From the NCBI GenBank assembly GCA_964057225.1, contig OZ059896.1, forward strand, positions 4,836,001 through 4,900,000: DNA of 64,000 bases. Reading direction: 5' to 3'. The position numbers and the translations under genes were made by a program. Position 1 is the first letter of the stretch; the number at the start of each line of letters is the position of its first letter. The notes under the pieces are model-generated. The model was not told the origin of the DNA. It did no database searches and saw only the letters and a list, made by a program, of their open reading frames with translations. Shown piece after piece: positions 13,400 through 25,587 of the stretch. This stretch comes from Auanema rhodensis. Lineage: Eukaryota > Animalia > Nematoda.

Positions 13400-15599
13400 A
13401 TGCTAATTAAATGTACACGTGATGTGCACTTGGTATGTAACTCGCCTCACGTGAAAGATAACGAGATGCGGTTTTCAAAATTAGATTCCCCATGTCCATA
13501 TGAGTCTAAAAACAAATTTTTATTGATATTGGTTCATGGTAACCATGATTTTGAAATTTACGTGAACTTTACTTTATGCTAATTAAATGTACACGTGATG
13601 TGCACTTGGTATGTAACTCGCTTCGCGTGAAAGATAAATAGATGCGGTTTTCAAAATTAGATTCCCCATGTCCATATTAGTCTAAAAACAAATTTTTATT
13701 GATATTGGTTCATGGTAACCATGACTTTGAAAATTACGTGAACTTTAATTTATGCTAATTAAATGTACACGTGATGTGCACTTGGTATGTAACTCGCTTC
13801 ACGTGGAAGATAAAGAGATGCGGTTTTCAAAATTAGATTCCCCATGTTCATATTAGTCTAAAAACAAATTTTTATTGATATTGGTGCATGGTAACCATGA
13901 CTTTGAAATTTACGTGAACTTTAATTTATGCTAATTGAATGTACACGTGATGTGCACTTGGTATGTGACTCGCTTCACGTGAAAGATAAAGAGATGCGGT
14001 TTGCAAAATTAGATTCCCCATGTCCATATTAGTCTAAAAACAAATTTTTATTGATATTGGTTCATGGTAACCATGACTTTGAAATTTACGTGAACTTTAA
14101 TTTATGCTAAATAAATGTACACGTGATGTGCACCTGGAATGTAACTCGCTTCACGTGAAAGATAAAGAGATGCGGTTTTCAAAATTAGATTCCCCATGTC
14201 CATATTAGTCTAAAAACAAATTTTTATTGATATTGGTTCATGCTAACCATGACTTTGAAATTTACGTGAACTTTAATTTATGCTAATTGAATGTACACGT
14301 GATGTGCACTTGGTATGTAACTCGCTTCACGTGAAAGATAAAGAGATGCGGTTTTCGAAATTAGATTCCCCATGTCCATATTAGTCTAAAAACAAATTTT
14401 TATTGATATTGGTGCATGGTAACCATGACTTTGAAATTTACGTGAACTTTAATTTATGCTAATTAAATGTACACGTGATGTGCACTTGGTATGTAACTCG
14501 CTTCACGTGAAAGATAAAGAGATGCGGTTTTCAAAATTAGATTCCCCATGTCCATATTAGTCTAAAAACAAATTTTTATTGATATTGGTTCATGGTAACC
14601 ATGACTTTGAAATTTACGTGAACTTTAATTTATGCTAATTAAATGTACACGTGATGTGCACTTGGTATGTAACTCGCTTCACGTGAAAGATAAAGAGATG
14701 CGGTTTTCATAATTAGATTCCCCATGTCCATATTAGTCTAAAAACAAAATTTTATTGATATTGGTGCATGGTAACCATGACTTTGAAATTTACGTGAACT
14801 TTAATTTATGCTAATTAAATGTACACGTGATGTGCACTTGGTATGTAACTCGCTTCACGTGAAAGATAAAGAGATGACGTTTTCAAAATTAGATTCCCCA
14901 TGTCCATATTAGTCTAAAAACAAATTTTTATTGATATTGGTGCATGGTAACCATGACTTTGAAATTTACGTGAACTTTAATTTATGCTAATTAAATGTAC
15001 ACGTGATGTGCACTTGGTATGTAACTCGCTTCACGTGAAAGATAAAGAGATGCGGTTTTCAAAATTAGATTCCCCATGTCCATATTAGTCTAAAAACAAA
15101 TTTTTATTGATATTGGTTCATGGTAATCATGACTTTGAAATTTACGTGAACTTTAATTTATTCTAATTAAATGTACACGTGATGTGCACTTGGTATGTAA
15201 CTCGCTTCACGTGAAAGATAAAGAGATGCGGTTTTCAAAATTAGATTCACCATGTCCATATTAGTCTAAAAACAAATTTTTATTGATATTGGTGCATGGT
15301 AACCATGACTTTGAAATTTACGTGAACTTTAATTTATGCTAATTAAATGTACACGTGATGTGCACTTGGTATGTAACTCGCTTCACGTGAAATATAAAGA
15401 GATGCGGTTTTCAAAATTAGATTCCCCATGTCCATATTAGTCTAAAAACAAATTTTTATTGATATTGGTTCATGGTAACCATGACTTTGAAATTTACGTG
15501 AACTTTAATTTATGCTAATTAAATGTACACGTGATGTGCACTTGGTATGTATTTCGCTTCACGTGAAAGATAAAGAGATGCGGTTTTCAAAATTAGATT

Positions 15600-18500
15600 C
15601 CCCATGTCCATATTAGTCTAAAAACAAATTTTTATTGATATTGGTTCATGGTAACCATGACTTTGAAATTTACGTGAACTTTAATTTATGCTAATTAAAT
15701 GTACACGTGATGTGCACTTGGTATGTAACTCGCCTCACGTGAAAGATAAAGAGATGCGGTTTGCAAAATTAGATTCCCCATGTCCATATTAGTCTAAAAA
15801 CAAATTTTTATTGATATTGGTTCATGGTAACCATGACTTTGAAATTTACGTGAACTTTAATTTATGCTAAATAAATGTACACGTGATGTGCACCTGGAAT
15901 GTAACTCGCTTCACATGAAAGATAAAGAGATGCGGTTTTCAAAATTAGATTCCCCATGTCCATATTAGTCTAAAAACAAATTTTTATTGATATTGGTGTA
16001 TGGTAATCATGACTTTGAAATTTACGTGAACTTTAATTTATGCTAATTGAATGTACACGTGATGTGCACTTGGTATGTAACTCGCTTCACGTGAAAGATA
16101 AAGAGATGCGGTTTTCGAAATTAGATTCCCCATGTCCATATTAGTCGAAAAACGAATTTTTATTGATATTGGTGCATGGTAACCATGACTTTGAAATTTA
16201 CGTGAACTTTAATTTATGCTAATTAAATGTACACGTGATGTGCACTTGGTATGTAACTCGCTTCACGTGAAAGATAAAGAGATGCGGTTTTCAAAATTAG
16301 ATTCCCCATGTCCATATTAGTCTAAAAACAAATTTTTATTGATATTGGTTCATGGTAACCATGACTTTGAAATTTACGTGAACTTTAATTTATGCTAATT
16401 AAATGTACACGTGATGTGCACTTGGTATGTAACTCGCTTCACGTGAAAGATAAAGAGATGACGTTTTCAAAATTAGATTCCCCATGTCCATATTAGTCTA
16501 AAAACAAATTTTTATTGATATTGGTGCATGGTAACCATGACTTTGAAATTTACGTGAACTTTAATTTATGCTAATTAAATGTACACGTGATGTGCACTTG
16601 GTATGTAACTCGCTTCACGTGAAAGATAAAGAGATGCGGTTTTCAAAATTAGATTCCCCATGTCCATATTAGTCTAAAAACAAATTTTTATTGATATTGG
16701 TTCATGGTAACCATGACTTTGAAATTTACGTGAACTTTAATTTATGCTAATTAAATGTACACGTGATGTGCACTTGGTATGTAACTCGCTTCACGTGAAA
16801 GATAAAGAGATGACGTTTTCAAAATTAGATTCCCCATGTCCATATTAGTCTAAAAACAAATTTTTATTGATATTGGTTCATGCTAACCATGACTTTGAAA
16901 TTTACGTGAACTTTAATTTATGCTAATTAAATGTACACGTGATGTGCACTTGGTATGTAACTCGCTTCACGTGAAAGATAAAGAGATGCGGTTTTCAAAA
17001 TTAGATTCCCCATGTCCATATTAGTCTAAAAACAAAATTTTATTGATATTGATGCATGGTAACCATGACTTTGAAATTTAAGTGAACTTTAATTTATGCT
17101 AATTAAATGTACACGTGATGTGCACTTGGTATGTAACTCGCTTCACGTGAAAGATAAAGAGATGCGGTATTCAAAATTAGATTCCCCATGTCCATATTAG
17201 TCTAAAAACAAATTTTTATTGATATTGGTGCATGGTAACCATGACTTTGAAAATTACGTGAACTTTAATTTATGCTAATTGAATGTACACGTGATGTGCA
17301 CTTGGTATGTAACTCGCTTCACGTGAAAGATAAAGAGATGCGGTTTTCGAAATTAGATTCCCCATGTCCATATTAGTCTAAAAACAAATTTTTATTGATA
17401 TTGGTTCATGGTAACCATGATTTTGAAATTTACGTGAACTTTACTTTATGCTAATTAAATGTACACGTGATGTGCACTTGGTATGTAACTCGCTTCGCGT
17501 GAAAGATAAATAGATGCGGTTTTCAAAATTAGATTCCCCATGTCCATATTAGTCTAAAAACAAATTTTTATTGATATTGGTTCATGGTAACCATGACTTT
17601 GAAATTTACGTGAACTTTAATTTATGCTAATTAAATGTACACGTGATGTGCACTTGGTATATAACTCGCCTCACGTGAAAGATAAAGAGATGCGGTTTGC
17701 AAAATTAGATTCCCCATGTCCATATTAGTCTAAAAACAAATTTTTATTGATATTGGTTCATGGTAACCATGACTTTGAAATTTACGTGAACTTTAATTTA
17801 TGCTAAATAAATGTACACGTGATGTGCACCTGGAATGTAACTCGCTTCACATGAAAGATAAAGAGATGCGGTTTTCAAAATTAGATTCCCCATGTCCATA
17901 TTAGTCTAAAAACAAATTTTTATTGATATTGGTGTATGGTAATCATGACTTTGAAATTTACGTGAACTTTAATTTATGCTAATTGAATGTACACGTGATG
18001 TGCACTTGGTATGTAACTCGCTTCACGTGAAAGATAAAGAGATGCGGTTTTCGAAATTAGATTCCCCATGTCCATATTAGTCGAAAAACGAATTTTTATT
18101 GATATTGGTGCATGGTAACCATGACTTTGAAATTTACGTGAACTTTAATTTATGCTAATTAAATGTACACGTGATGTGCACTTGGTATGTAACTCGCTTC
18201 ACGTGAAAGATAAAGAGATGCGGTTTTCAAAATTAGATTCCCCATGTCCATATTAGTCTAAAAACAAATTTTTATTGATATTGGTTCATGGTAACCATGA
18301 CTTTGAAATTTACGTGAACTTTAATTTATGCTAATTAAATGTACACGTGATGTGCACTTGGTATGTAACTCGCTTCACGTGAAAGATAAAGAGATGACGT
18401 TTTCAAAATTAGATTCCCCATGTCCATATTAGTCTAAAAACAAATTTTTATTGATATTGGTGCATGGTAACCATGACTTTGAAATTTACGTGAACTTTAA

Positions 18501-19480
18501 TTTATGCTAATTAAATGTACACGTGATGTGCACTTGGTATGTAACTCGCTTCACGTGAAAGATAAAGAGATGCGGTTTTCAAAATTAGATTCCCCATGTC
18601 CATATTAGTCTAAAAACAAATTTTTATTGATATTGGTTCATGGTAACCATGACTTTGAAATTTACGTGAACTTTAATTTATGCTAATTAAATGTACACGT
18701 GATGTGCACTTGGTATGTAACTCGCTTCACGTGAAAGATAAAGAGATGACGTTTTCAAAATTAGATTCCCCATGTCCATATTAGTCTAAAAACAAATTTT
18801 TATTGATATTGGTTCATGCTAACCATGACTTTGAAATTTACGTGAACTTTAATTTATGCTAATTAAATGTACACGTGATGTGCACTTGGTATGTAACTCG
18901 CTTCACGTGAAAGATAAAGAGATGCGGTTTTCAAAATTAGATTCCCCATGTCCATATTAGTCTAAAAACAAAATTTTATTGATATTGATGCATGGTAACC
19001 ATGACTTTGAAATTTAAGTGAACTTTAATTTATGCTAATTAAATGTACACGTGATGTGCACTTGGTATGTAACTCGCTTCACGTGAAAGATAAAGAGATG
19101 CGGTATTCAAAATTAGATTCCCCATGTCCATATTAGTCTAAAAACAAATTTTTATTGATATTGGTGCATGGTAACCATGACTTTGAAAATTACGTGAACT
19201 TTAATTTATGCTAATTGAATGTACACGTGATGTGCACTTGGTATGTAACTCGCTTCACGTGAAAGATAAAGAGATGCGGTTTTCGAACTTAGATTCCCCA
19301 TGTCCATATTAGTCTAAAAACAAATTTTTATTGATATTGGTTCATGGTAACCATGATTTTGAAATTTACGTGAACTTTACTTTATGCTAATTAAATGTAC
19401 ACGTGATGTGCACTTGGTATGTAACTCGCTTCGCGTGAAAGATAAATAGATGCGGTTTTCAAAATTAGATTCCCCATGTC
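15600..19480 (+). repeat. Left-arm-specific tandem duplication of 11 monomers (1936 bp)
   Basis: TCACATGAAA at ~15914 and ~17850, GTCGAAAAACG at ~16145 and ~18081, GCGGTATTC at ~17165 and ~19101; each pair is 1936 bp apart. Ends approximate. Confidence 0.85.
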
Positions 19481-22400
19481 CATATTAGTCTAAAAACAAA
19501 TTTTTATTGATATTGGTTCATGGTAACCATGACTTTGAAAATTACGTGAACTTTAATTTATGCTAATTAAATGTACACGTGATGTGCACTTGGTATGTAA
19601 CTCGCTTCACGTGGAAGATAAAGAGATGCGGTTTTCAAAATTAGATTCCCCATGTTCATATTAGTCTAAAAACAAATTTTTATTGATATTGGTGCATGGT
19701 AACCATGACTTTGAAATTTACGTGAACTTTAATTTATGCTAATTGAATGTACACGTGATGTGCACTTGGTATGTGACTCGCTTCACGTGAAAGATAAAGA
19801 GATGCGGTTTGCAAAATTAGATTCCCCATGTCCATATTAGTCTAAAAACAAATTTTTATTGATATTGGTTCATGGTAACCATGACTTTGAAATTTACGTG
19901 AACTTTAATTTATGCTAAATAAATGTACACGTGATGTGCACCTGGAATGTAACTCGCTTCACGTGAAAGATAAAGAGATGCGGTTTTCAAAATTAGATTC
20001 CCCATGTCCATATTAGTCTAAAAACAAATTTTTATTGATATTGGTTCATGCTAACCATGACTTTGAAATTTACGTGAACTATAATTTATGCTAATTGAAT
20101 GTACACGTGATGTGCACTTGGTATGTAACTCGCTTCACGTGAAAGATAAAGAGATGCGGTTTTCGAAATTAGATTCCCCATGTCCATATTAGTCTAAAAA
20201 CAAATTTTTATTGATATTGGTGCATGGTAACCATGACTTTGAAATTTACGTGAACTTTAATTTATGCTAATTAAATGTACACGTGATGTGCACTTGGTAT
20301 GTAACTCGCTTCACGTGAAAGATGAAGAGATGCGGTTTTCAAAATTAGATTCCTCATGTCCATATTAGTCTAAAAACAAATTTTTATTGATATTGGTTCA
20401 TGGTAACCATGACTTTGAAATTTACGTGAACTTTAATTTATGCTAATTAAATGTACACGTGATGTGCACTTGGTATGTAACTCGCTTCACGTGAAAGATA
20501 AAGAGATGTGGTTTTCAAAATTAGATTCCCCATGTCCATATTAGGCTAAAAACAAATTTTTATTGATATTGGTGCATGGTAACCATGACTTTGAAATTTA
20601 CGTGAACTTTAATTTATGCTAATTAAATGTACACGTGATGTGCACTTGGTATGTAACTCGCTTCACGTGAAAGATAAAGAGATGCGGTTTTCAAAATTAG
20701 ATTCCCCATGTCCATATTAGTCTAAAAACAAATTTTTATTGATATTGGTTCATGGTAATCATGACTTTGAAATTTACGTGAACTTTAATTTATTCTAATT
20801 AAATGTACACGTGATGTGCACTTGGTATGTAACTCGCTTCACGTGAAAGATAAAGAGATGCGGTTTTCAAAATTAGATTCACCATGTCCATATTAGTCTA
20901 AAAACAAATTTTTATTGATATTGGTGCATGGTAACCATGACTTTGAAATTTACGTTAACTTTAATTTATGCTAATTAAATGTACACGTGATGTGCACTTG
21001 GTATGTAACTCGCTTCACGTGAAATATAAAAAGATGCGGTTTTCAAAATTAGATTCCCCATGTCCATATTAGTTCAAAAACAAATTTTTATTGATATTGG
21101 TTCATGGTAACCATGACTTTGAAATTTACGTGAACTTTAATTTATGCTAATTAAATGTACACGTGATGTGCACTTGGTATGTAACTTGCTTCACGTGAAA
21201 GATAAAGAGATGCGGTTTTCAAAATTAGATTCCCCATGTCCATATTAGTCTAAAAACAAATTTTTATTGATATTGGTTCATGGTAACCATGACTTTGAAA
21301 TTTACGTGAACTTTAATTTATGCTAATTAAATGTACACGTGATGTGCACTTGGTATGTAACTCGCCTCACGTGAAAGATAAAGAGATGCGGTTTGCAAAA
21401 TTAGATTCCCCATGTCCATATTAGTCTAAAAACAAATTTTTATTGATAATGGTTCATGGTAACCATGACTTTGAAATTTACGTGAACTTTAATTTATGCT
21501 AAATAAATGTACACGTGATGTGCACCTGGAATGTAACTCGCTTCACGTGAAAGATAAAGAGATGCGGTTTTCAAAATTAGATTCCCCATGTCCATATTAG
21601 TCTAAAAACAAATTTTTATTGATATTGGTTCATGGTAACCATGACTTTGAAATTTACGTGAACTTTAATTTATGCTAATTAAATGTACACGTGATGTGCA
21701 CTTGGTATGTAACTCGCTTCACGTGAAAGATAAAGAGATGACGTTTTCAAAATTAGATTCCCCATGTCCATATTAGTCTAAAAACAAATTTTTATTGATA
21801 TTGGTGCATGGTAACCATGACTTTGAAATTTACGTTAACTTTAATTTATGCTAATTAAATGTACACGTGATGTGCACTTGGTATGTAACTCGCTTCACGT
21901 GAAAGATAAAGAGATGCGGTTTTCAAAATTAGATTCCCCATGTCCATATTAGTCTAAAAACAAATTTTTATTGATATTGGTTCATGGTAACCATGACTTT
22001 GAAATTTACGTGAACTTTAATTTATGCTAATTAAATGTACACGTGATGTGCACTTCTTATGTAACTCGCTTCACGTGAAAGAAAAAGAGATGACGTTTTC
22101 AAAATTAGATTCCCCATGTCCATATTAGTCTAAAAACAAATTTTTATTGATATTGGTGCATGGTAACCATGACTTTGAAATTTACGTGAACTTTAATTTA
22201 TGCTAATTAAATGTACACGTGATGTGCACTTGGTATGTAACTCGCTTCACGTGAAAGATAAAGAGATGCGGTTTTCAAAATTAGATTCCCCATGTCCATA
22301 TTAGTCTAAAAACAAATTTTTATTGATATTGGTTCATGGTAACCATGACTTTGAAATTTACGTGAACTTTAATTTATGCTAATTAAATGTACACGTGATG

Positions 22401-25368
22401 TGCACTTGGTATGTAACTCGCTTCACGTGAAAGATAAAGAGATGACGTTTTCAAAATTGGATTCCCCATGTCCATATTAGTCTAAAAACAAATTTTTATT
22501 GATATTGGTTCATGCTAACCATGACTTTGAAATTTACGTGAACTTTAATTTATGCTAATTAAATGTACACGTGATGTGCACTTGGTATGTAACTCGCTTC
22601 ACGTGAAAGATAAAGAGATGCGGTTTTCAAAATTAGATTCCCCATGTCCATATTAGTCTAAAAACAAATTTTTATTGATATTGGTGCATGGTAACCATGA
22701 CTTTGAAATTTACGTGAACTTTAACTTATGCTAATTAAATGTACACGTGATGTGCACTTGGTATGTAACTCGCCTCACGTGAAAGATAAAGAGATGCGGT
22801 TTTCAAAATTAGATTCCCCATGTCCATATGAGTCTAAAAACAAATTTTTATTGATATTGGTTCATGGTAACCATGATTTTGAAATTTACGTGAACTTTAC
22901 TTTATGCTAATTAAATGTACACGTGATGTGCACTTGGTATGTAACTCGCTTCGCGTGAAAGATAAATAGATGCGGTTTTCAAAATTAGATTCCCCATGTC
23001 CATATTAGTCTAAAAACAAATTTTTATTGATATTGGTTCATGGTAACCATGACTTTGAAAATTACGTGAACTTTAATTTATGCTAATTAAATGTACACGT
23101 GATGTGCACTTGGTATGTAACTCGCTTCACGTGGAAGATAAAGAGATGCGGTTTTCAAAATTAGATTCCCCATGTTCATATTAGTCTAAAAACAAATTTT
23201 TATTGATATTGGTGCATGGTAACCATGACTTTGAAATTTACGTGAACTTTAATTTATGCTAATTGAATGTACACGTGATGTGCACTTGGTATGTGACTCG
23301 CTTCACGTGAAAGATAAAGAGATGCGGTTTGCAAAATTAGATTCCCCATGTCCATATTAGTCTAAAAACAAATTTTTATTGATATTGGTTAATGGTAACC
23401 ATGACTTTGAAATTTACGTGAACTTTAATTTATGCTAAATAAATGTACACGTGATGTGCACCTGGAATGTAACTCGCTTCACGTGAAAGATAAAGAGATG
23501 CGGTTTTCAAAATTAGATTCCCCATGTCCATATTAGTCTAAAAACAAATTTTTATTGATATTGGTTCATGTTAACCATGACTTTGAAATTTACGTGAACT
23601 TTAATTTATGCTAATTGAATGTACACGTGATGTGCACTTGGTATGTAACTCGCTTCACGTGAAAGATAAAGAGATGCGGTTTTCGAAATTAGATTCCCCA
23701 TGTCCATATTAGTCTAAAAACAAATTTTTATTGATATTGGTGCATGGTAACCATGACTTTGAAATTTACGTGAACTTTAATTTATGCTAATTAAATGTAC
23801 ACGTGATGTGCACTTGGTATGTAACTCGCTTCACGTGAAAGATAAAGAGATGCGGTTTTCAAAATTAGATTCCCCATGTCCATATTAGTCTAAAAACAAA
23901 TTTTTATTGATATTGGTTCATGGTAACCATGACTTTGAAATTTACGTGAACTTTAATTTATGCTAATTAAATGTACACGTGATGTGCACTTGGTATGTAA
24001 CTCGCTTCACGTGAAAGATAAAGAGATGCGGTTTTCAAAATTAGATTCCCCATGTCCATATTAGTCTAAAAACAAATTGTTATTGATATTGGTGCATGGT
24101 AACCATGACTTTGAAATTTACGTGAACTTTAATTTATGCTAATTAAATGTACACGTGATGTGCACTTGGTATGTAACTCGCTTCACGTGAAAGATAAAGA
24201 GATGCGGTTTTCAAAATTAGATTCCCCATGTCCATATTAGTCTAAAAACAAATTTTTATTGATATTGGTTCATGGTAATCATGACTTTGAAATTTACTTG
24301 AACTTTAATTTATTCTAATTAAATGTACACGTGATGTGCACTTGGTATGTAACTCGCTTCACGTGAAAGATAAAGAGATGCGGTTTTCAAAATTAGATTC
24401 ACCATGTCCATATTAGTCTAAAAACAAATTTTTATTGATATTGGTGCATGGTAACCATGACTTTGAAATTTACGTGAACTTTAATTTATGCTAATTAAAT
24501 GTACACGTGATGTGCACTTGGTATGTAACTCGCTTCACGTGAAATATAAAGAGATGCGGTTTTCAAAATTAGATTCCCCATGTCCATATTAGTCTAAAAA
24601 CAAATTTTTATTGATATTGGTTCATGGTAACCATGACTTTGAAATTTACGTGAACTTTAATTTATGCTAATTAAATGTACACGTGATGTGCACTTGGTAT
24701 GTAACTCGCTTCACGTGAAAGATAAAGAGATGCGGTTTTCAAAATTAGATTCCCCATGTCCATATTAGTCTAAAAACAAATTTTTATTGATATTGGTTCA
24801 TGGTAACCATGACTTTGAAATTTACGTGAACTTTAATTTATGCTAATTAAATGTACACGTGATGTGCACTTGGTATGTAACTCGCCTCACGTGAAAGATA
24901 AAGAGATGCGGTTTGCAAAATTAGATTCCCCATGTCCATATTAGTCTAAAAACAAATTTTTATTGATATTGGTTCATGGTAACCATGACTTTGAAATTTA
25001 CGTGAACTTTAATTTATGCTAAATAAATGTACACGTGATGTGCACCTGGAATGTAACTCGCTTCACGTGAAAGATAAAGAGATGCGGTTTTCAAAATTAG
25101 ATTCCCCATGTCCATATTAGTCTAAAAACAAATTTTTATTGATATTGGTTCATGCTAACCATGACTTTGAAATTTACGTGAACTTTACTTTATGCTAATT
25201 AAATGTACACGTGATGTGCACTTGGTATGTAACTCGCTTCGCGTGAAAGATAAATAGATGCGGTTTTCAAAATTAGATTCCCCATGTCCATATTAGTCTA
25301 AAAACAAATTTTTATTGATATTGGTTCATGGTAACCATGACTTTGAAATTTACGTGAACTTTAATTTA

Positions 25369-25374
25369 CGTACG
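25369..25374. other. 6-bp insertion CGTACG next to the junction
   Basis: Consensus TTAATTTA-TGCTAA reads TTAATTTA-CGTACG-TGCTAA here. I saw it in no other monomer. Confidence 0.93.
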
Positions 25375-25410
25375 TGCTAATTAAATGTACACGTGTACAT
25401 TTAATTAGCA
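25375..25410. repeat. Perfect 36-bp palindrome at the inversion junction (TGCTAATTAAATGTACAC|GTGTACATTTAATTAGCA)
   Basis: Read directly from lines 25321-25440. It is centred on the monomer's first CACGTG (25390-25395) and has no spacer. Confidence 0.97.
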
Positions 25411-25411
25411 T

Positions 25412-25587
25412 AAATTAAAGTTCACGTAAATTTCAAAGTCATGGTTACCATGAACCAATATCAATAAAAATTTGTTTTTAGACTAATATGGACATGGGGA
25501 ATCTAATTTTGAAAACCGCATCTCTTTATCTTTCACGTGAAGCGAGTTACATACCAAGTGCACATCACGTGTACATTTAATTAGCAT
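25412..25587 (-). repeat. Unpaired central monomer (present in the right arm only)
   Basis: The last full left monomer (start 25192; variants CTTCGCGTG and ATAAATAG) mirrors the second right monomer (25763->25588), not the first. The mirror sum 50955 exceeds the axis sum 50785 by 170 = 176-6. Confidence 0.88.

Larger units (their letters stand above)
1..25392 (+). repeat. 176-bp tandem satellite array, left arm (~144 monomers, forward orientation)
   Basis: Continuous near-identical 176-bp units. ORF-marked monomer starts differ by multiples of 176 (2140->3724 = 9x176; 3724->4604 = 5x176; 13400->22728 = 53x176). Confidence 0.99.

Noticed and set aside
25375-25410. Fold-back chimeric read or assembly artefact as the origin of the palindrome
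   Set aside because: Disfavoured because the arms differ by several independent multi-monomer events and private variants, and the junction has a specific insertion. It is not formally excluded without reads.
25375-25410. Protelomerase (telRL-like) target, hairpin telomere or intrinsic terminator
   Set aside because: The palindrome is fully explained as satellite sequence joined to its own reverse complement. There is no associated gene or prokaryotic context.
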